Shown piece by piece: positions 45,219 to 53,716 of a DNA stretch of 64,000 nt (position 1 is its first letter; each line of letters starts with the position of its first letter). Origin of the DNA: an uncultured Bacillota bacterium (lineage in GTDB: Bacteria; Bacillota_I; Bacilli_A; RFN20; CAG-826); NCBI GenBank assembly GCA_937876465.1, contig CALEHV010000044.1:9841-73840 (forward strand). Direction: 5' to 3'. Made by a program: the position numbers and the translations under genes. Under the pieces are notes generated by a model. It searched no databases. It saw only the letters and a program-made list of their open reading frames with translations, and was not told the origin of the DNA.

Positions 45219-45955
45219 TTTTAATTGTTGGTTCAAATCGAGATGATGTTTTGTATTACGAAAGCATTGTTAAAGACGCTAAAGAAGTTGATATTTTAAG
45301 TCGATATCATGTTTTGATTGGCAAAATAGGTTCTCAAGAAATTATTGTTTTGCAAGATATTTACACATCATATGTTTCCTCCTCTGTCTTATGCTATTTA
45401 TTTGAGAAATACGTAATTGACATGGTTATTGTTGTTGGCCGCTGTTCATTGTTGAAAGGTTCAGGTCAGATTGGTGATGTCAGCTTGTGCAGATATTCAA
45501 TGTTTGGCGATGTAGATCAAATTGCTGCAGTTAAAGGAACTCTGTTAGGCCAGATTCCTAATTACCCTCCATACTTTACTGCATATCTAGATGCAAATAA
45601 CTCAATGAAGAAATGCTTGGAAGAAACTTTTGATGGTCAAGTTTTTGAATCAACATATATTTCTTCCTCTTTCTTTAGACAAAATAAAGAAGAAGTTAAA
45701 AATCTTTCTGAAAACGAATATGTTTCATCATTAAGTGGAAACATTGTTTTAGACGGAGAGACAGCAGGAGTTGCTCTTGCATGTAATTTATTTGATATTC
45801 CATTTATTTCTATAAAAGTTGTAGAAGCAAACGGTGGAGAATATACATCCTTAGAAAATTACTTACTTGCTTTGAAACAATATGGTAATGCTGGCAAAGC
45901 AGTAGTTAATTTCATTGTCGAAATGGCTAGAACGGATGTTAACCATCTTGAATAG
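45215..45955 (+). CDS. divergent nucleoside phosphorylase/MTA-SAH nucleosidase-fold (PNP_UDP_1-like) protein
   Basis: It is colinear with Pfs/MtnN (MILIVGSNRDDVL.., ..GETAGVALACNLFDIPFISIKVV..), but the GSAGG-type phosphate/ribose loop reads VGRCSL and the catalytic Asp region (RAISD) reads KVVEA. Confidence 0.5.
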   Translation: MILIVGSNRDDVLYYESIVKDAKEVDILSRYHVLIGKIGSQEIIVLQDIYTSYVSSSVLCYLFEKYVIDMVIVVGRCSLLKGSGQIGDVSLCRYSMFGDVDQIAAVKGTLLGQIPNYPPYFTAYLDANNSMKKCLEETFDGQVFESTYISSSFFRQNKEEVKNLSENEYVSSLSGNIVLDGETAGVALACNLFDIPFISIKVVEANGGEYTSLENYLLALKQYGNAGKAVVNFIVEMARTDVNHLE

Positions 45956-45960
45956 GAGGA

Positions 45961-48900
45961 ATGACTATGAAGAAAAATTCTAAACGAGATATTATTACTC
46001 TTAAAAGTTATCTAAAACGTCACGTTATTCTTCTTTTAGTGATGTGCCTTTTATTCTTGTTACTTATTGGCTTAGTTGTAGTTTCGTCAATCTTATTAAA
46101 AGACGACATGATTCTTTATGTCTTGTATGGTTGCTGTGGAGTATTCTTAATTGCTCTTGTGGTCATGTTTATAGTCTTTAATGTTAGATTCTTTAGAATC
46201 ATGTATAACGACGCATTAATGGTTTCTAAACGTAATTTTGAAGCATTAGCAAACTTTGATAAAGAATTAGAATATTGTTCACGTAACGACTTTGCAGAAT
46301 TTAGAGAACTAAATAGTTCTTTTAAAGACTTATCAAAGAACTTGGATGGAAGAACAATTATTTCTAAAGCGTTAAGCTACGACTCAATTGAACTTGAATA
46401 TTTAGATGAAGAAAAATATCAAGTCAAAGAATCTTCTTTAAAGAATAAAATCGGAGAATTGATTCTTGCTCGAGAATCCTTTAGAAACGCCTTAATTGAT
46501 ATTAGTTATGATTTACGTGACGAAACAATTAATGAGAAAGATCACGAAGTAATCTTAAAGTATATAAAGAATAATTTGCCGTATGATCACACATTAGTTG
46601 CTTTAAAAGATAACGCGCAAGGATATTTGATTTATATACCTGCTCTTGATAGCGTTTCTCAAATTAAAGAAGAACTATCTTCCTTGATGAAGAATATTTC
46701 ACTTATTAAAAAGGTTAACGCTAATAGAACAATTGTTAGCCCATCTGTTTCAATGGTTATGTATCCTTATTCAGACATAGACAATCTGTTTAATGATTTA
46801 AGCTATGCAAAGAGAAGCAAATTACCTCTTAATTTCTATATCCCTAAGCGTAAGGATGAGAAGAACAAAAAGATGCTTGTGTCTTCTTTAAACATGAACA
46901 ACGTCTTTAGATTGCAAGAACAAATATCTTCAATTGATACTTCTCCAGATAACTATGATAAGAATCTAAAACTTATTTATGAGATGGTTAAAGAAATCTC
47001 TAACTACTATAACTTCTCCTGTGGTGGATGTATTTTCTTCGATCACGAAAAGAATGGATTCTATTCCAAATTTAGTCATAGTCCAACGAATTCTTCCATA
47101 TTTAAAGATAACGTTCGTATAAACAAAGAATTCGTTAATGTTGTTGTTGAAGTAGCCGATATAGACAACAGTTATTACTTCTCATCTCGTAAACACGTTA
47201 ACGATGATTTTGCTCACTTTATGGACAAATATCATATTAAATCTGGATTGTTCTATGTTGTTAAAACTAATAATAACGTAATTGGACTTCTTTACTTTGT
47301 TAAGAAGTCATCAGATTTAATGTTTGATTCATTCATGAAAGAAAATTTAATTACTTCGTGTTCTTTAATTAGTAATTTCTTTAAGGAAACAAATTCAATT
47401 AAATTAGCTTCTGTCATGTCAAATAGATTTAACGACATGGTTAAATTCTCCAATTCGTTGATTTACTCAATTGATAAAGAAACATATGAAATTGCTATGT
47501 TAAGCGATTCGTTAAGACGCTTGCTACCGAAAGTTCAAGCTGGAGATAAATGTTATAAGGCGTTGTATGATTTAGACGCCCCATGTAAGAATTGTCCTTT
47601 ATTGAAGAACAAACATATGATTTCATCCTTGTGCGGTGGAAATTATGAATCTATGAGAATCTTGCAAATTAAGAATGATTCATCTGCTCATATCTTATTG
47701 AAATCAAACGATAATAAGTTCACATATGAACGTTATGACCAAGAAACGCTTCTTGCAACATTCTTCTCGTTTAAAGAAACGATGGAGAAATATTTGTCAG
47801 TTGGTTTATTAGGAAACGTTTTATTCGTCTCTGTAAAGAATATACAGGATATCATTAACGACATAGGAAATGCAGGTTTTGCTAACGCTTTGAAACAATT
47901 CTGTAATGGAGTAGTTGGCATCTATCAAAAAATGATTGATGTTTATTATTATTCTAAAGACACAATAGCTCTTATTATGCCTAATTCTTCTAGAGAAGAC
48001 TTAGTTAACCTTGCTGAGGCTATTTCAGATGGCGAAATAGAAGTTAAGGTCAATGATAAAGATATACGCTTGAATTTGGTTTATTTAGCAAAAGCCTATA
48101 CAAACGAACAAACATTTGAACAACTTGTTGAAACATTTGAAGAAAACCTTATTCAAGTACGTAGTATGCCAGTCGATGAGATTTACTTTGTTGATGCAAA
48201 TTACAAACGTAATGCTTCTAAAGAAGGTTACTTATTCGAAACCTTACAAGACGCATTCGAAAACAAAACATTCCAAGTCTATTTCCAACCAATTGTTAGA
48301 AACTCAGATCGTCTTATTGAAGGTTCGGAGTTGCTCTTAAAGGTCTTTGACCAAGAGGCAAATGCTTATATTGATATTGCACACGCTCTTCAAGTAGCTG
48401 AGAAGCGCGGATACACTTCTAATATCGCTTTAGGATTGCTTGATTACGTTGAAGGAATAATCAAAAAATATGGTTTTACATTCTTCTTAACAAGTGGACT
48501 TAATCACTTATCTTTAAACATTAATCACACATTCTTAAAAGATGGAAATTTCATCAATAAATGCTCAAAAATTGTATCTGAAAATTCACTTCCAAAAGGA
48601 TTCCTATCCTTCGAAATTGATGAAGAAGACGCAGCCAACAATTTAGATGTATTTACTTCAGTTAAGAAAGAAATTGAAGATGCTGGATGCTTGCTTTTAT
48701 GCGATAACTTTAGAGGTGAATTCACAAGTCCTAAAGTATTAGCTGAAGCCGGTTTCAGCGGAGTTAAGATTGACTCTAATCTCGTTGAAATCATTAGAGA
48801 TGGTGAAACAAATAAACGCATCATGAACATCTGGAGCGATGTTGTAAAAGCTCATATCAATATCTTCTTTACCGGTGTTGCAACACGTATTATTTCAGAA

Positions 48901-49026
48901 GAAATTGTCTTTGAAGATCATGATTCTTACGTTCAAGGAAACTACTTCTTCGCTCCTCAAAGTGAAGAGGAAATGTTTGAATCAATCCGTCAACGTAACA
49001 TGAAAGATAAGGAAATGGACAATTAG
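45961..49026 (+). CDS. large membrane protein: 2 TM + ~500-aa unknown region with Cys cluster + degenerate GGDEF + degenerate EAL (c-di-GMP receptor candidate)
   Basis: TM helices are at the N-terminus, with a Cys cluster CYKALYDLDAPCKNCP...LCGG (about 47551-47640). The GGDEF position reads YSKDT. The EAL domain is recognisable (FQVYFQPIV..) but reads ELL (48328-36) rather than EAL, DNFRG (48703-) rather than DDFG(T/S)G and FTGVAT rather than AEGVE. The better-spaced start is the ATG at 45967, after SD aggagg. Confidence 0.65.
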   Translation: MTMKKNSKRDIITLKSYLKRHVILLLVMCLLFLLLIGLVVVSSILLKDDMILYVLYGCCGVFLIALVVMFIVFNVRFFRIMYNDALMVSKRNFEALANFDKELEYCSRNDFAEFRELNSSFKDLSKNLDGRTIISKALSYDSIELEYLDEEKYQVKESSLKNKIGELILARESFRNALIDISYDLRDETINEKDHEVILKYIKNNLPYDHTLVALKDNAQGYLIYIPALDSVSQIKEELSSLMKNISLIKKVNANRTIVSPSVSMVMYPYSDIDNLFNDLSYAKRSKLPLNFYIPKRKDEKNKKMLVSSLNMNNVFRLQEQISSIDTSPDNYDKNLKLIYEMVKEISNYYNFSCGGCIFFDHEKNGFYSKFSHSPTNSSIFKDNVRINKEFVNVVVEVADIDNSYYFSSRKHVNDDFAHFMDKYHIKSGLFYVVKTNNNVIGLLYFVKKSSDLMFDSFMKENLITSCSLISNFFKETNSIKLASVMSNRFNDMVKFSNSLIYSIDKETYEIAMLSDSLRRLLPKVQAGDKCYKALYDLDAPCKNCPLLKNKHMISSLCGGNYESMRILQIKNDSSAHILLKSNDNKFTYERYDQETLLATFFSFKETMEKYLSVGLLGNVLFVSVKNIQDIINDIGNAGFANALKQFCNGVVGIYQKMIDVYYYSKDTIALIMPNSSREDLVNLAEAISDGEIEVKVNDKDIRLNLVYLAKAYTNEQTFEQLVETFEENLIQVRSMPVDEIYFVDANYKRNASKEGYLFETLQDAFENKTFQVYFQPIVRNSDRLIEGSELLLKVFDQEANAYIDIAHALQVAEKRGYTSNIALGLLDYVEGIIKKYGFTFFLTSGLNHLSLNINHTFLKDGNFINKCSKIVSENSLPKGFLSFEIDEEDAANNLDVFTSVKKEIEDAGCLLLCDNFRGEFTSPKVLAEAGFSGVKIDSNLVEIIRDGETNKRIMNIWSDVVKAHINIFFTGVATRIISEEIVFEDHDSYVQGNYFFAPQSEEEMFESIRQRNMKDKEMDN

Positions 49027-49040
49027 CCCAAAAATGAATA

Positions 49041-49073
49041 AAGATGTGTAAAATTACACATCTTTTTCTTTTG
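49041..49073 (+). terminator. rho-independent terminator ending the ten-gene operon
   Basis: Stem aagatgtgta (49041-50) / tacacatctt (49055-64), loop aaat, then tttctttt. Confidence 0.85.
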
Positions 49074-49167
49074 TTCGGATTTTATTGTTTTAGGCCAAAA
49101 TTAGCTTAAAAAAGCAAAAAATTTTTACATCGGTTTATTTATAAAATAAATAAGTTATGTTTCTCTC

Positions 49168-49179
49168 GCGTATATACGC
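49168..49179. promoter_or_regulatory. perfect palindrome GCGTAT-ATACGC: candidate operator, site 3
   Basis: It ends 11 nt upstream of the -35 hexamer, the same geometry as site 2, and has the same half-site family GCGYAT. Confidence 0.45.
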
Positions 49180-49189
49180 TATGTGAGAT

Positions 49190-49218
49190 TTGTATTTTGA
49201 TACCAATATATGTAATAT
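49190..49218 (+). promoter_or_regulatory. candidate sigma-A promoter of the giant-adhesin operon
   Basis: ttgtat (49190-95), a 17-nt spacer and taatat (49213-18). The predicted TSS is about 49225, just 5' of riboswitch copy 2. Confidence 0.55.
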
Positions 49219-49233
49219 ATAAGTAAAGATAGA

Positions 49234-49299
49234 AAATAGCAAAACTACAGCAATGTAGTGACGCAAAACTAAAGGGTCTCTAAGAGATAGCCAGCTGCC
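49234..49299 (+). promoter_or_regulatory. c-di-GMP-I (GEMM-I) riboswitch aptamer, copy 2
   Basis: It aligns without gaps to copy 1 with 6 substitutions in 66 nt (manual alignment), and has the same GCAA-capped hairpin, GACGCAAAAC linker and second hairpin. Confidence 0.8.
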
Positions 49300-49333
49300 T
49301 ATAAGAATTTGTCGGTGTCTGGCTTTTTAATTT
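49289..49333 (+). terminator. intrinsic terminator forming the expression platform of riboswitch copy 2
   Basis: agccag (49289-94, the 3' part of the aptamer) pairs with ctggct (49319-24). The stem is extended by tgcc/ggtg (C-G and G.U pairs) and followed by ttttaattt. Aptamer folding and terminator folding are therefore mutually exclusive. Confidence 0.65.
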
Positions 49334-49354
49334 ATAGCTAGAGAAAGGGTAGCA

Positions 49355-52300
49355 ATGAATCGTCTTCAAAAAAAGATTATTACAATTGCGTTAGCGTTAG
49401 GTAACATTGTTTTATCGTGCGTCGTTGCTGCTACTGCTACATACGCTTGGTTTAAAGCTAGTAATGCTACAATTACAACTCAATCCGCTTCTACAACAAT
49501 CAAATCTGAAGCTGGTGGTTCAACACTTCAATGGGAAATCTTAAAGTTTGATGATAACGAGAAGAAAGGAATTTCATATAGAGAAAACGATGAGTTCTTC
49601 CTTCAACCTTACGATCAATACTTAACTGCTAAAAATAAACATACAAACGTTATTCTTTGGGCCGATGTAATGGTTTCCAATTTTACTAGTGCAAATCAAT
49701 TGTATGTTGATATTGAGTGTTCTCCAGATCATGACCCTGTTTATTCAAGTACAGCCACACCTGAAGAAAAGGTTCCAAGCTATACCTCAAATATATGTCA
49801 ATTCAAATCGACAGTTTACTCATATACTGATGCAGATGATAACGAAGTTGTAGTTAATGATGTCTTAGATAACACAAACGCTGCTACTCGTTATGAAACC
49901 ACAACAAACTTCTTTGCCGGAATTAAAACTCCAGGGACACGATTTGTTGCATTACATAACAGCACTCCAAACAAAGATCATTCAATTACCCTTTGTCCAA
50001 ATTTTGATATTGGTGCATCAACTGCCAAGAAAATTACAATTGCAGTTGAATGTTCATATAACGAAAAATTAGTTGCTCACTATGCTAATGGTCGTTTAGG
50101 CACGATTAATTTAGCAGGCGACATTACAAGTTTTAATTTTCGCACAGGCGCATCATACAGTGGTGCATACGTCAAAGTCACAAATCAATCACAGTTAGAT
50201 ACATCAGGCCGTTATATGATTACTTATGACGGAACAGAGTATGCTGGTGATGATATGAAAGCTGCTTTTAATGGTAGCGGAACATCTTCAGAGGATTTCA
50301 CTGGAAAATTAAACTATCGAGATGTCTTTGCTCGTAAAGGTAGAATTACCGAGACCGAAGTTACTCATGCACAATCCTGGGATTACAACATCGCAGACAG
50401 TAAGTTAACATCCAATTCCGGATATGTAGTTGGTGCTACAGGTTCAGGAATGGGCGCTTCAAAATCCGGTTCTTATACAAACACACTTACTTACAATTCT
50501 GGATTAGTAGATACAGGATCTAATTCAAAATATTTAAATCACAATGCTACTGCTGGTGGCACCAAATATAACTATTACGATTCAGCTTCTGGAACAAAGA
50601 GAAAATCTCCAGAATTTTATCGTTATGATGCAAGCGCATTTGGTGACATGATTTTGTCCGGAATTCAATTAGGCGGTTCAATTAATCACCAATTAGAAAA
50701 GGGCCAACCATTTAGTTATGGTGGTACAGTTACTGCTGTTTATAACGAAGGCACAGCTTCTGAATTTACAGAGAATATTCCTGTTAACGATCCAAACTTA
50801 TCCTTTACTGGATACGATATGAATAATGACGGTAACTATCTTGTTACTGTTTCCTATACAGATGTAGAAGACAATATTACTGTTACAGCAAATTACAACT
50901 TAGAGGTTTATACTCCTGAAGCTACTTTAGTTAGCTTATCAATTGCTGGTCAACAAACCCAATTCGTTGAAGGAGATACATTTACTTTAGGCGATAATGC
51001 TGTTATTACTGCTCATTATAGTGATGGTACAAATCCTGTAATTCAAAACAACGATTCACGTTTGACTATTAATGGTCCTACACAACAGCAAATGGATACC
51101 GAAGGAACATATGAAGTTAATATCTCATTTAATGATGGTACAACAACTAAATCTATTGAACCTTATGATATTGAAGTTGTTGCTCAGACAGCAGCTGTAT
51201 ATCAAAGAATAACTTCTACTTCAGATTTAACAAATGGAACTTATCTTTTTGTCCATGAAAATAATAGTGTCGCATTAAATGGTGGACTTTCAACAATTGA
51301 TGTTGTGTCTAATACAATTTCTGTTTCAATTAGTAATTATCAAATTGAGGCAACAGCGGAAGTTGATGCTGCTGCTTTTACATATAATTCAACAACAAAG
51401 TATTTTATGAACGCTAATAATAAATATCTTTCAAACAGTAGCGATATTGATTTAGTTGATACTGGAGTTGCTCATAATGTTTCTTTTGATTCGGATAACG
51501 CAATTATTAAAATTGGAACAGAAAGTAGCTCACCTAGATTACGTTTTAACAATAATGATGGTCAAAAACGTTTTAGATATTATACAAATGACAACATGGA
51601 CGCAATCCAACTTTATAAAAAAGTAAATGTATCACCATTAACTTCCATCACTTTAAGTAACACAACAAACACATATTATACAGGTGATACTTTTGTTAAT
51701 CCTACAATCACTGCTCATTATAAAAATGGAACTCAAAACAACATTGATCCTTCTCAATGTAGTATTGTTGACCAAGCAACAGGCTCAAGCCCTGATTTAA
51801 CAACAGCTGGAGTAAAGACTATTGAAGTTTCATATACTGAAAATGGTGTTACAAAATCAGATACTTATGACATTACAGTTACACAGACATTGCCAATTTC
51901 TTTAACTAACCTCAGTGGTTATAAGACACAGTTCTATACAGGTGATACTTTTGTTATTGATTCTTCAGGAAATTCTTTCTCTGCTTTAGTTACTTATAAT
52001 AGTCCGGCTACAAAAACAGTCCATTCATCTGATGTCTCTCATTCAACTCCAGACATGAGTACAGCTGGACAAAAAACAATTACAATTTCCTATACAGAAA
52101 ACGGAACAACAGTTAGTGCTACATATAATATTACAGTTACTCAAAAAGCAATATCTTCAATTGCAGTAACTACAATGCCTAGTAAAACAACATATACTCA
52201 AGGTGAATCTCTAAGTACATCTGGTATCACTGTTACTGCAACATATAATAATGGCAGTCAAGAAAACGTTACATCTGGTTGTACATACAGCCCAACAACT

Positions 52301-53701
52301 TTAAATACTGTTGGCACACAAGCCATTACAGTTACACATACAGCATCTGGTAAGACAACTACATTCAATGTTACTGTCAAAGCTCCTGTAGTTTTAACTG
52401 GTATTGAATGTAGTGGATATACTGAAGAATATACTGTTGGAGATACATATCAATTTGATGCGACTGTAACAGCCAGCTATTCAGATGGTTCTTCACATAC
52501 AGTTACTCCAACCAGTGTTAATCCATCCACAATTGATACTTCGACAGATGGAGATCATACTATCACAGTCTCTTATACCGAAGGCAGTGTTACAAAAACT
52601 GATTCGTACACAGTTTCGGTTGTTGCAGGATCATCTACAACTTCTGTAACATTCGATTTCAAAAATAATAGTTACAGTTTAGCTACATCTCAAAGTGGAA
52701 GTAAAACTGCTGAAACTGGTGCTGCCAATATGACTATTAATAATTATGCATATAACACTTCAAACAAAGAAGTTCGATTGTATAAGTCAAATAGTAATTA
52801 TGGTGGAACCTCTAAAATGGTTTTCACAATTGATGAATCAAAGGTTATTAAATCAATTGTTATAACTGGAGCGGGTGCAGCCAACTTATCTCTTGGAGCT
52901 GGTGGCGGATCTTACAGCAATGGAACATGGACCGGTTCATCAACAAGTGTCACAATTCAAAACAACACTTCTTCAACGCAAGCCATTTATACAATTACAA
53001 TTACATACGAAAGTGGATCCACTCCTACCCCTGCAAGTATTTCTGTTAGCCCAACTACATTAAGCATGACTGTTGGCGGATCAGATCAAACTATTACTGC
53101 AACTACTTCAGGTGGCTCCGGAGGAAGTATTGAATGGTCTTCAACCAATACTTCTGTTGCAACAGTTGCAGGTGGAACCGTTCATGCTGTTGCTGCTGGT
53201 TCAGCGACAATTAAAGCCAATTATGAAGGCGCTGAAGCAACTTGCGAGGTTACAGTAACAGGAAGTTCTAGTGGAACAACAGTAAGTATTTCTTCATTTA
53301 GTTCTATATCAGGCAATATTGGTAGTGGTTCTATTGTTAGTTATTCGGCGTATAAAGGCGGAGGAACAAGTGGTCCAGCTGTAAATGATGGAGCAATTAG
53401 ACTATATCAAAATAGTAGTGGAAGTACCGGAGGATATGTTGTTATCGGAGTTTCGTCTGGACATAAAATTAAATCAGTAACCATTAAGTCTACAATGGGA
53501 ACAACAACTGGATATTATTTAGGAAATCCAGGAAGTACAACACCAAGTAAGAGTTCGTTTGAAGTAAGCAACTATAGTTTATCTGCAAATGCAGAATATA
53601 CTGTAAGCGACCTTGATACACAGTATATTACCTTTGCCTGTTTTGGTACATCAAGTAGCACACGATTGTACTTGTCATATATTTCTGTAACTTATTTATA
53701 A
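49355..53701 (+). CDS. giant (1448 aa) secreted multidomain adhesin-like protein with SipW-cognate-type signal peptide
   Basis: ..VVAATATYAWFKASNA... It carries six Ig-like repeats, one Big_2-type domain (ISVSPTTLSMTVGG..VHAVAAGSATIKA..CEVTV, about 53038-53262) and two copies each of two unassigned modules. No LPXTG or other wall-anchor motif is present. Confidence 0.75.
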   Translation: MNRLQKKIITIALALGNIVLSCVVAATATYAWFKASNATITTQSASTTIKSEAGGSTLQWEILKFDDNEKKGISYRENDEFFLQPYDQYLTAKNKHTNVILWADVMVSNFTSANQLYVDIECSPDHDPVYSSTATPEEKVPSYTSNICQFKSTVYSYTDADDNEVVVNDVLDNTNAATRYETTTNFFAGIKTPGTRFVALHNSTPNKDHSITLCPNFDIGASTAKKITIAVECSYNEKLVAHYANGRLGTINLAGDITSFNFRTGASYSGAYVKVTNQSQLDTSGRYMITYDGTEYAGDDMKAAFNGSGTSSEDFTGKLNYRDVFARKGRITETEVTHAQSWDYNIADSKLTSNSGYVVGATGSGMGASKSGSYTNTLTYNSGLVDTGSNSKYLNHNATAGGTKYNYYDSASGTKRKSPEFYRYDASAFGDMILSGIQLGGSINHQLEKGQPFSYGGTVTAVYNEGTASEFTENIPVNDPNLSFTGYDMNNDGNYLVTVSYTDVEDNITVTANYNLEVYTPEATLVSLSIAGQQTQFVEGDTFTLGDNAVITAHYSDGTNPVIQNNDSRLTINGPTQQQMDTEGTYEVNISFNDGTTTKSIEPYDIEVVAQTAAVYQRITSTSDLTNGTYLFVHENNSVALNGGLSTIDVVSNTISVSISNYQIEATAEVDAAAFTYNSTTKYFMNANNKYLSNSSDIDLVDTGVAHNVSFDSDNAIIKIGTESSSPRLRFNNNDGQKRFRYYTNDNMDAIQLYKKVNVSPLTSITLSNTTNTYYTGDTFVNPTITAHYKNGTQNNIDPSQCSIVDQATGSSPDLTTAGVKTIEVSYTENGVTKSDTYDITVTQTLPISLTNLSGYKTQFYTGDTFVIDSSGNSFSALVTYNSPATKTVHSSDVSHSTPDMSTAGQKTITISYTENGTTVSATYNITVTQKAISSIAVTTMPSKTTYTQGESLSTSGITVTATYNNGSQENVTSGCTYSPTTLNTVGTQAITVTHTASGKTTTFNVTVKAPVVLTGIECSGYTEEYTVGDTYQFDATVTASYSDGSSHTVTPTSVNPSTIDTSTDGDHTITVSYTEGSVTKTDSYTVSVVAGSSTTSVTFDFKNNSYSLATSQSGSKTAETGAANMTINNYAYNTSNKEVRLYKSNSNYGGTSKMVFTIDESKVIKSIVITGAGAANLSLGAGGGSYSNGTWTGSSTSVTIQNNTSSTQAIYTITITYESGSTPTPASISVSPTTLSMTVGGSDQTITATTSGGSGGSIEWSSTNTSVATVAGGTVHAVAAGSATIKANYEGAEATCEVTVTGSSSGTTVSISSFSSISGNIGSGSIVSYSAYKGGGTSGPAVNDGAIRLYQNSSGSTGGYVVIGVSSGHKIKSVTIKSTMGTTTGYYLGNPGSTTPSKSSFEVSNYSLSANAEYTVSDLDTQYITFACFGTSSSTRLYLSYISVTYL
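50650..51186 (+). repeat. two Ig-like (Big_3-like) protein repeats, ~85-90 aa each
   Basis: Pattern ..G(D/Q).F....V(T/I)A.Y..GT........(L/F)...G.D.....G.Y.V.(V/I)S(Y/F)......(T/S).......(V/I)(E/V)V. Confidence 0.6.
51626..52625 (+). repeat. four tandem Ig-like (Big_3-like) protein repeats, ~80-85 aa each
   Basis: A recurrent motif, e.g. YTGDTF...ITAHYKNGT...PDLTTAGVKTIEVSYTENGVTKSDTYDITVTQ, PDMSTAGQKTITISYTENGTTVSATYNITVTQ, LNTVGTQAITVTHTASGKTTTFNVTV and IDTSTDGDHTITVSYTEGSVTKTDSYTVSV. Confidence 0.7.
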
Positions 53702-53716
53702 AATGAAAGGAGAGAC

